Notes under the pieces: generated by a model | The model's database searches: none | Told to the model about the DNA's origin: nothing | What the model saw: the letters and a program-made list of their open reading frames with translations, nothing else | Shown: positions 9,363 through 17,702 of the stretch, one piece after another | Layout of the letters: every line of letters begins with the position of its first letter | Position numbering within the stretch: position 1 is the stretch's first letter | Assembly: GCA_004764695.1 (NCBI GenBank) | Contig: SMSO01000035.1 | Coordinates: 3,980,040 to 4,044,039 of the forward strand | DNA length: 64,000 bases | Direction: 5' to 3' | Source: Schizochytrium sp. TIO01 | Taxonomy: Eukaryota; Protista; Bigyra: Labyrinthulomycetes | Made by a program: the position numbers and the translations under genes

Positions 9363-11195
9363 ATGGTCTCGCTGCGGAGGCGCGAGGCGGCGGTGCTGGC
9401 AGTGCTGGTCGCCGTGGGCATGGTCATGACGCTGCTCTCTTACCGCGTTTTAGAGGGCCTTGGCAGTGGGGACAACTCAGAGTCTGCTGCGGCGGATAAA
9501 AGCAGACGGGAAGAGCTCCTACGTGGAACATCTCTCGACAGAAGCTCAAGAGTTCAGGCACACATTGCTAGTGAACGCATTGCTAGCCGCCATGCAGAAA
9601 TAGCGGCCAGAATGCGTCATGAGAACTTGAACGCCGAGAGCGTTGAAAACCAAAACATGGGCTCTGAAAAGATCAACAATCATCTCGATTCTGAAGCTAC
9701 TGGGCGTTCTGATGGGGTTGACCTTGAAACGAAGTTGAATACGCAATCGAACAATCAAGGATCTGCTGAGAGATCTACTAGTACAAAAACAAGGGGTGGA
9801 GTGGAACGAAGGCGAAGACCAGAGCTGGATGACATGCAGGCGGATGATGGGTATGACGACGCAGATGACGATGATCTTGGACAACCAGTGCAAAAGATCA
9901 ACTCGCAAGACGAAGGTGATGATAAGAAGTCGTCCACGAAAGATGCTACCAAAGAGCTGGAGTTGTATCTTAAAGAACACACCCACTTCCCCGTCATTCT
10001 TATATGCTACAACAGACATGAGCTCGTGAGACAAACTCTTAAGTCTCTCCTCGAGGTTCGCGGAATCCATCGAGACCATGTACTTGTCATCCAAGACGGC
10101 CATGTAGATGCTGTGACAAAGGTTGTTGAGGAGGCTGGGGTCTCCTCAGTGCAGAGGCCAGATGAACTAGTAGATGATCAGCAAAAACGAGATGCGGCTA
10201 GTCGCATCTCGCAACACTACAAGTACGCAATGACCTACGCTCTCGATTACTTCTCTGATGCCCCTGGAGTTATCATCGTTGAGGACGACTTTCTCTTCAG
10301 TCCAGACTTTCTTGACTTCTTCAGTGCCTCTGCCCAGGCCTTAATTGCAGACCCGACACTGTGGCTTGCAAGCGCATGGAACGATAACGGTTTTCAGGGC
10401 AACGTTATTGACAAGAAACGTCTTTTACGCACAGATTACTTCCCTGGACTTGGATGGCTTCTCATGCGATCCTTGTGGCAAGAGCTTGAACCCAAGTGGC
10501 CCAAAGACCATTGGGATTGGTTCATGCGCGACCCTGCTAATAGCAAACATCGCGAGGTCATCTACCCCGAAGTTCCTCGTGATCACCACACAGGCACAAC
10601 GGGTTCGTTTATGGATGCAAACACACACAAGCAATACTTTGACTCTATCGCTCACAATACCGATTCATCCTTCCACTGGCCTAAACAAATCTTCAAGACC
10701 GCCATTGTTTCTGCTTACGACGCTCGGGTCAAATGCTCTATTAAAGCTGGGATTCACCTGGATCATGGTGCTAGGCTGCAGCAAGACTACATTAAGAATC
10801 TGCCAGGTGACCCAGCTCGCCCGTTGGTGGTGTGGATTAACGCTGACCCGCATCCATACAAGGAGCGAATTATTAAGAGACTTACTCAAAAGCTCAATAT
10901 TTGGCACCAGCTTTTGCGAGGGTCCCGGCAAGGAGTGCATGAATTCTGGCGCTTTGGCCGCAAAATTATTATGGTAAACACCTTTACGCCTGGCCCAGAC
11001 ATCTGCAAGAGGCCACGACCTGATCCTTCATGTGAGTGGTTCCATGGATTCGAACGACAATCCCCCTTTGCGCAGTATAAGCCAGAGAATGTACCTGTGT
11101 TTCGACCGATGGAACTTACTGATCAGCTGACATCAAAGGTGTCTTTGGAATCAGTATCGTTGCCCACCACATCCTTTGAAGAATGTCCACCATAA
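9363..11195 (+). CDS. Glycosyltransferase family 13, N-acetylglucosaminyltransferase I (GnT-I/MGAT1)-like, type II membrane protein
   Basis: N-terminal TM (AAVLAVLVAVGMVMTLL), long stem, then VILICYNR, IQDG, ISQHYKYA, IIVEDDFLFSPDF, SAWNDNG, RTDYFPGLGW, WDWFMR, PEVPR. ATG at 9363 is preferred over TTG at 9147. Confidence 0.9.
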   Translation: MVSLRRREAAVLAVLVAVGMVMTLLSYRVLEGLGSGDNSESAAADKSRREELLRGTSLDRSSRVQAHIASERIASRHAEIAARMRHENLNAESVENQNMGSEKINNHLDSEATGRSDGVDLETKLNTQSNNQGSAERSTSTKTRGGVERRRRPELDDMQADDGYDDADDDDLGQPVQKINSQDEGDDKKSSTKDATKELELYLKEHTHFPVILICYNRHELVRQTLKSLLEVRGIHRDHVLVIQDGHVDAVTKVVEEAGVSSVQRPDELVDDQQKRDAASRISQHYKYAMTYALDYFSDAPGVIIVEDDFLFSPDFLDFFSASAQALIADPTLWLASAWNDNGFQGNVIDKKRLLRTDYFPGLGWLLMRSLWQELEPKWPKDHWDWFMRDPANSKHREVIYPEVPRDHHTGTTGSFMDANTHKQYFDSIAHNTDSSFHWPKQIFKTAIVSAYDARVKCSIKAGIHLDHGARLQQDYIKNLPGDPARPLVVWINADPHPYKERIIKRLTQKLNIWHQLLRGSRQGVHEFWRFGRKIIMVNTFTPGPDICKRPRPDPSCEWFHGFERQSPFAQYKPENVPVFRPMELTDQLTSKVSLESVSLPTTSFEECPP

Positions 11196-11574
11196 AGATG
11201 ATGGAGCGCTCCTTCCGTGAATAGTAAAGCGTTTTCTCTTTTTTTAAGCAACAAAATGTGAAGTTAGCCTTTTCGCTCGTCGTTCTGGTTTCCCTGTTGT
11301 ATGTTGCTCGCTTATTTATTTCTCATATAAAGCTACCGAAGACTATCGGCTTTTGATTTTTGACACACTATACTTGCTTGGAATGGTAGCAGCTGTACTA
11401 GGAGCAGTATTCGATCGAATGATACTATGTTGTGATTTCTTGTGTAGAAGGAAAACTCAGGTAGAGCCTTTTGGGCCAATTATATCATCAACTAATATAA
11501 CAAGATAATTAAAAACTAGATCGCAGAAAAGGTGAGAAGTCTCCTATATTTCTTCTCAAGACTTTTGTCTGGCC

Positions 11575-11750
11575 TTATACAGCCAAAGGCCTCAAAGGAG
11601 TCACGTTCGTTCCCCATGTTCGCTTTTTGGTGTGCTCGCGCAAGGCCTTAGACTGCTGCCAGAGCCGGTCCAGCGTGTCCGCGGTGAGGAAGAGGATTCT
11701 GCTTCTTCTTCTCTTTCGCAAGTGGGCGGCTGAGGAGAATCGTCCGTCAT
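11575..11750 (-). pseudogene. Small basic orphan ORF or truncated gene (~58 aa after repairing one frameshift)
   Basis: ATG at 11750 follows a GAA-rich leader. Adding one C in the minus-strand CCC run at 11724-11726 gives MTDDSPQPPHLRKRRRSRILFLTADTLDRLWQQSKALREHTKKRTWGTNVTPLRPLAV*. Confidence 0.3.
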
Positions 11751-11769
11751 CTTCTGCCTCGTTTTACCT

Positions 11770-11885
11770 TTCTCTCTCTTTTCTTTTCTTCTTCTTCTTC
11801 TTCTTCTTCTTCTTATTTTCTGGTATTCATTCCTTTTTAAAGTTTTTGAATTATTGAAAAAAGAAAGAAAGAAAAAGAAAGAAAC
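11770..11885. repeat. Low-complexity (CTT)n and (GAAA)n tracts
   Basis: TTCTTCTTC… run at ~11786-11815 and AAAGAAAGAAAG… run at ~11858-11884. Confidence 0.8.
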
Positions 11886-11888
11886 TTG

Positions 11889-12472
11889 TTAAAGATGGAA
11901 GTGCTTAGGTTTATTACTATGTAGATGCTTATCATTACTTCTCATGATAGTAGTTCTAGACGACTGGGAACCGAGGTTCTTCTTCGCTTTGTAAATCAAA
12001 ACTTCTGAGCCAGCGGCCACCCCGCCTCCGAGCAAGACGCCAGTTGTGACAAGTGCTATCCTCGCCCCTCCTCCTCCCTTGTTGCCTACCTGGTTGCTGG
12101 CCGCTCGTGAAATAGAGGCAGCTCTGCCCTGAGAAAGGGCATTGGGTCATCCAGGATCCTTTCTAAGCCGGTCACTCCTTCGCCTTCTGCTACAAGATCT
12201 ATGTAGCTCTGAACGGTCGTGTCATTCGAGGTATGCTGCAATGCATTGTAAATAAAAGTAGCGTTCTGGACCGCAAGGGGTCTCACGGAGTTAGCAATCA
12301 GCGTCTGCAGCTTGCTAATCGCGTAAATATAATCGGTCTGGTCAGCCCAGAAGATTGGTTGATCATCTCCGTAATTAGTATTAGCAGGCCAAGGCCACGC
12401 TGTTGCTGAAGCCACAGCCCCGATGGTTGTTGTTGCTCCTGCTACTGCTGCTGTAGTAGTGGTGCTAGACAT
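11889..12472 (-). pseudogene. Small orphan membrane protein (~194 aa) split by one frameshift
   Basis: ORF 12086-12472 continues into …DDPNALSQGRAASISRAASNQVGNKGGGGARIALVTTGVLLGGGVAAGSEVLIYKAKK…HFHL* if one C is added in the minus-strand CCC run at 12144-12146. This gives a C-terminal hydrophobic segment followed by basic residues. Confidence 0.55.
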
Positions 12473-12690
12473 TGGAAATGCTTATTTCTACTACTTCTTC
12501 TTATTCTTCGTCTTCTCTAGAATGTGGATACGAAAAAAAAAAGTTGCACTAACCAAATCGTAAAAAAGACACTCCACCAAATATATGTTATCTCAGTTTA
12601 AACAACACAGGCATTTGTTCGCTACCTGTAGCCAGAGTCAGAGAGAGAGAGACACAATATAAAAAAGGGAGAAATTTACAACAACAAAAA

Positions 12691-14636
12691 ATGATTAATG
12701 CGGAGCAGAAATTAAGGCTGGGGATTGTGATTTTGATTATTAGTATCTTGGTGTTTCTCGCACTAACTTTTTCCGGTGCCTCGATGATCGCTCGTGCTAA
12801 TTCTTACCTCGATGCGAACGACATTGGTTACCAGACAGGAAATGATGACGATCCTGATGTGGAAAATGATGATGACGGGGGGATACAAGTACCTCCACGA
12901 CTTCTGCGGGAGGTGATACTGGAAGCACAACGGCTTCTTCCAGTGGGACCGGTGCTTCAGAGACAACCTATGATCCTAATCTAAGGGCGCGCCCCACGAC
13001 AGAAACTGTGGTGCGTCCGACGGATGATAAGATTTGGGGAGGTATGAAATTAGATAACATGCCACAGGATATAGACATTTCTGGGAGTCCTACAGTGAAC
13101 GGTGGTCTTCTTGCAAATGTGGGAGAATTCATGGATGTGCACAGCAAAGGAGCAGAGCCGTTCTTTCCTGATTGGGAGTTTGGATAGTACACGAACCAAG
13201 GCCAAGTTTCCATTGATCGTGCCAACGCCAAGACCTTTCGCATCAATATCTTCTGCGCCAGTTATAAAGACAACAAGTTCCCTATCCCCACTGACGAATT
13301 CAAAGCGGCTTATTTGAACTTCTGGGAAGTCGCGGGTGCTGGTTTTATCACCCCTGAATGGGGCAAGCTGGATGTCTTTGAATTTGATTCCAACCACCCT
13401 GCTGATCACCACGATTCTGCTTCGAAGATCATCAGCGCAGTAGCGCAAAAGTATCCTGACTGGTGGCCGCAGGTCAAGGCAAAGACGCTTCCCGAGGAGG
13501 CCTGCTTGATTATGATGGGCTACCGTAAGTACGGCTCTGGAGGGCAGTACCTTGGCGTTTATTCAAGAGTGAAGGGACCCATTGATTCTACTTCTCTGCA
13601 CGAGCTGGGCCACCGCTCAGGCGGCCACTCTTACATGCTTGGATGGGACACAAAGAAGAAGATTTACACAATGCCTGGTACTCTTTCAAATGACGGCATG
13701 TGCATGATGAGCTACACGACGCGCTACATGGACCTCTACGCTCCTCCCTGGTACCACCGCAACGGCTGGTTCAGAGCAGAGCCTGGGTCTTATCGTTACA
13801 TTCAGAACGGCGCGACGTACAAGATGAATATGTTTCACCAGTGGAAGGCGGATGGGCGCGTGCACTGCTTGGTGGCTCTAAGCCCGTTCACTGGGGAATA
13901 TGTGTTTTACAAGATTAGTATGATTGGCTGGTCCAAGCCAGGCATTGAGACAACTTTATGGCTGACTGGCCGGACCAAGAATGGCAAGACTCGCATTCCA
14001 ACTGCGGAGATTCCTGACATTGAGACGAATAATCTTATGAAAGGTTCAAACAACGATGGTTTCATTCGCTGGGTGGCCTACCCGGCCGCTTGGGTCTCGA
14101 CGGGTGGCAATGATATGGAGCTCCGCGCCTGCCGCGACCCAATTACAGGCGGAGGAGAGGACTGGATAGATCCTAACACTGGCCTGCGCTTTGTGGCAAG
14201 CAATGTTGTGAAGAACTGGGAGAATTACCAGTGCGACGTGACAGTAACCTACGATGCTTCTTACTTGAAGCGAACCCTGCCTCCTCAGATTACCAAGATT
14301 GCGACTGGAGTTTACAAGCACCAGAAGGGCAGTGATTTGTATGACGACAGCAAGGGTTCCGTAACGGATAACAGCTCCACTTTGCTCATTGTTACCTTCA
14401 AAAATCCCAATCCAGGCAGCACGCGCCCATTTATTTGCAATGCCAAGAGCTGCTTTACTCAAGGAGGAACGGGCTTAGGAGGGCCAAACAACCAGAAATG
14501 CATCTTGCTTGGAGGGACTTCACAGGATTTCTACTTCCAGGCAAAGAAAGGAACCTTGGCAGGCAAAGAAGACGTTGGTGTTATTTGTCTGGGTGAGACC
14601 TATACTCGCAAAATCAAGTTCACACACCACAAGTAA
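12691..14636 (+). pseudogene. Membrane-anchored zinc metalloprotease, gametolysin (peptidase M11)-like metzincin, ~648 aa; one frameshift and one in-frame stop
   Basis: N-terminal TM (LGIVILIISILVFLALTFSGA). Adding one G to the G6 run at 12877-12882 opens an S/T/G linker (GDTSTSTTSAGGDTGSTTASSSGTG) and a continuous frame through a single TAG (13185-13187) into ORF 13314-14636. That ORF has HELGHRSGGHS at ~13599 followed by DGMCMMSY (Met-turn) and APPWYHRNGW. Confidence 0.72.
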
Positions 14637-14725
14637 TCAAAGCAAGTCGAAGAAAAAGGAAAAGGGAAAACCATGATTTAGACGTAAGCAATAAACACAA
14701 AAAAAAAACATTCATTCATTCATTC

Positions 14726-16252
14726 ATTCTCCTTAACCACTGGCCGGCCCTCTTGAACTGATTATTTATCCTCTTCTGCTTCGCGCATCTTCCCAGTGGG
14801 ATACTGTTTCGGCTGCTTTCCATTGGAGGTTCTGGTAGAACAAATCTCGATCCTTCACAAACACGAAGGTAAAGAAATCGGTGAAACCATCAATCCTTTT
14901 CTCGATTTTGGTACCCTCTTTCATGTACAAGGCAACCGTATCACAATCAATGGGTTCAAACCCAGTGATTTTGACCCAAGTTCTCACTCGACTATCCCCA
15001 GTGCGGTCAGTAGCAGTAACGTTGTCATTGGGACTGAAATCGGGCGCAGGCTCGATCATGATCTGAGGAAACCTATCTTTGGCGTACCCGTACTGGTTAC
15101 GTTGACCGTAGAACATGCGATGCATCGCCGTCGACAAGGCTAAGCGATTATTGTCGTCGTCCTGGATACCCACATCATTTACAGCCGTCTTGTGAACTAG
15201 GTGTGCACAATCCGCCGCCCCCTTTCGAAGAAAGAATGGGGCCTCAATCGATTGGAACATGGCTAAGTCCGAATCAGGTTCCACAGCGGTGTACACTGTG
15301 CTATCGCTGTCACCACAACGCGCAGAGCCTGGCTCATCATCCGAATGATAGTCCGTGCTGTAAATGTTCTGGGTATTGTTGACATAAACGATTTCAGGGT
15401 AAGAGAGATCAATGTTGTCATTATTGTATCCGAGATTATTCGACAAGATCTCGTTGCAAAACATAGCAGCATCTCGAGAGGTAGAGAAGATAATCTCGAA
15501 GGTCAAGTCCATGGGTGGGTTGTCTCCTTCGTACCGAATAACTCTTCTATGCGGTGGAACGTCCGTATCTTCGATTACCTCCGCAGACCCAGCGTTGTTG
15601 GCTGCCGTCAAGTACACGAAGCGACGCAAGCCTTTGGCATTCTTACTATCTTTGAGGGTACCACAAACCTTGAAACGCCTGTTTTCGATCTTTCTCGACC
15701 TTACCTCGGACACGACACCCCGCTGTGCCCCCCTTTCATTTACACTGCTACCCTTTTCGTAGCGCAGCGCATTCAATTGCTGCACCAGCTCGGAGTGCTT
15801 CTGTACAAGGGAATCGAAATACGCCAATGGCGACTTATATGCTTTCTTTAGGAAAGCACTGAGGTCGTCGAAGGAAGCGCCGTCCGTTTCTTCCAAACGC
15901 TCTATCTTGGCCTCTACGTCAGCGATACGTGCCTCGATGCCCTCGATCTTTTCTTCAAGCCGATGTACATCTTGATCCAATGCCTCTAGTTTAGCCAACT
16001 CGAGGGCTTCGTCCCCTTCCTCAACTGTTGACAATCGTTTGCGGCCATCGCCGCCCCCGCCACCGCCGCGGGTTTGGTTTCCTTTACGACGGATGAAGGA
16101 AGCCATTTTCTTTCGCTCGGATGGACTGTTGCTCTGTTGCACCCGCTGACTTGCTTCGAGCCATCATGCCCTGGTGATACGGAACTGCCTGAGTCAGGTG
16201 CACGGCAGTAGTTCCGCAATAGCTTTGGTGAAGGGTAAAGGTTAAGGAAAAT
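14726..16252. repeat. 13-bp imperfect inverted repeat bracketing the CRN-HNH gene
   Basis: ATTCTCCTTAACC (14726-14738) vs reverse complement of GGTTAAGGAAAAT (16240-16252) = ATTTTCCTTAACC, 12/13. Both arms contain TTAA. The left arm abuts a (CATT)5 tract. Confidence 0.45.
14766..16106 (-). CDS. Crinkler (CRN)-type effector C-terminal domain with HNH-like nuclease motif and a coiled-coil N-terminal header
   Basis: FKVCGTL…KGLRRFVY, MFQSIE, DCAHLVHK…DDDNNRLALSTAMHRMFYG, MKEGT, FTFVFVKD…NLQWK resemble, by recall, oomycete CRN HNH-type C-termini (SCHL…NNRLALSRxMHG…TFVHV…CLxWK). Coiled coil near the N-terminus. ATG at 16106; the ORF is open from GTG 16142. Confidence 0.75.
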   Translation of the reverse strand: MASFIRRKGNQTRGGGGGGDGRKRLSTVEEGDEALELAKLEALDQDVHRLEEKIEGIEARIADVEAKIERLEETDGASFDDLSAFLKKAYKSPLAYFDSLVQKHSELVQQLNALRYEKGSSVNERGAQRGVVSEVRSRKIENRRFKVCGTLKDSKNAKGLRRFVYLTAANNAGSAEVIEDTDVPPHRRVIRYEGDNPPMDLTFEIIFSTSRDAAMFCNEILSNNLGYNNDNIDLSYPEIVYVNNTQNIYSTDYHSDDEPGSARCGDSDSTVYTAVEPDSDLAMFQSIEAPFFLRKGAADCAHLVHKTAVNDVGIQDDDNNRLALSTAMHRMFYGQRNQYGYAKDRFPQIMIEPAPDFSPNDNVTATDRTGDSRVRTWVKITGFEPIDCDTVALYMKEGTKIEKRIDGFTDFFTFVFVKDRDLFYQNLQWKAAETVSHWEDARSRRG

Positions 16253-16442
16253 ATCCTAGATTTTTAAAGTCAAAATAAACTGGGCGCTGCCCTGGCAGCG
16301 GCACAAGACGCACGGTACTGCACAGGCGCAGCTGGGACGAGCGGGCGGTGGTTCTGCCCGCCCCCACTCTTACACCCGCTCCGTTATCTCTCTCTGTGTT
16401 ACGAAGAAAAGAGAAAAAGACTAGAGATTGAAGAGCGGGAAG

Positions 16443-17702
16443 ATGGAGGATCAATCGCTCACAACCCAGAATCACGCAGTCGGCTAGCCTTTCTCCGCAG
16501 TCGCTCTCACCTCAAGAAAGCAGAAGTGGCAGCGGCGGCGGCGGCAGCAGCAGCAGCAGCAGCAACCGCACAGACTCAGCGGCGGTCCCAACCTGGGAGC
16601 TAAGGCAGAGATACCACGACGATGACAGGGAGATACTCAAAGAGTTGCTAGAGAAGTTCAACCGAAAATACATACACCCACAAAGGAACCTCGCCTTCAA
16701 AGAAAACACCTTGGGAGCGCATGGAATATTTCGTCATTCTGTTTAATGACCCACGCTGGATTGATCTTTTTAAGCGCCTTAAGCGCGAGGAGTTGAAGAA
16801 TGCAACGGGAGGCCGTAATCGGTGCTATGACAGCTTTTCAAAGTTGTTGAACCGAAGCAGCTTTTCTAAATCGCAGAAAGTTCGCAGCGAGCAGCGCGCT
16901 TCAGCGCTTTCGTACACACCGAAGCCTTTTACCAAGGAAGAAGAGAATGCTCTGGTGTTGATTATGCGAGAAGAGGTGCCGCGTGATGCACAGCAGTATC
17001 ATATACAAAGAAGCCACGATCGCTGTATTGCTTGGACAGAGGTTTCGAAGCGCTTCAATGAGGTCACAGGCGGCTGTAATCGGGCTGAGAGTTCACTCCA
17101 AACCAAGTGGAATACTGCACTGCGATGGGAGTTTAACGAAGACCTGAAATTGGGGAGGCTAGCACACCAAAGTGAGCACAGGTCAAGCCAAGAGAAATTA
17201 CGTTATTCTTTCTGAAGTGGGTTGGGTGGGAGTTATTATTAGAGATTTTAACGATGATTCCTTGAATCCTACAATTGTCCAAAGACGCTCTGTTCGTCTT
17301 GGTTTGGTGCGTAAGAAGGAGGGTACCAAGAGTCTGGGCAGACCTCGCGTACGACCGAAGCCCGTTGTGGTTTATTCTGATCGACTGAGCGCCTCTGGCT
17401 TGAGCGACATTCGTCTGAAGAATCGTTATTCGAAGGTGGAGTACGCAAGGATCTTTGAGGGCAATGCATACAGTTTCATTTTCGACTTGCATTCCCGTCA
17501 GGACTCGACGAACCCTTGTTATGATATGCTAGCGCCAGTGTTCAAGCTTTTCAAGGTTGAATTAGAGCCGAAGAGGGAACCAATAGATCCGCAAGACACT
17601 GCATTTCTTGTCACTCTTCATTTGAACGAATGGAAGGCTGTAAAAGTTTGCCTGGAGAACTATGTTTTCACAGCGGAGCGCCAGAGAAAGCTCTTTAAAT
17701 GA
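16443..17702 (+). pseudogene. Myb/SANT-like (trihelix-type) DNA-binding protein, ~420 aa, broken by several frameshifts
   Basis: FTKEEENALV…CIAWTEVSKRFNEVTGGCNRAESSLQTKWN is a Myb/SANT-like helix pattern. The upstream piece YHDDDREILKELLEKF…WERM and downstream ORF 17172-17702 can be joined by single-base additions at short C/G/T runs. ATG at 16443 follows a GA-rich leader. Confidence 0.6.

Noticed and set aside
13185-13187. In-frame TAG as evidence of stop-codon reassignment or readthrough
   Set aside because: Single instance, and other genes here appear to end in TAG (e.g. the dynein light chain). A nonsense mutation or sequence error is simpler.
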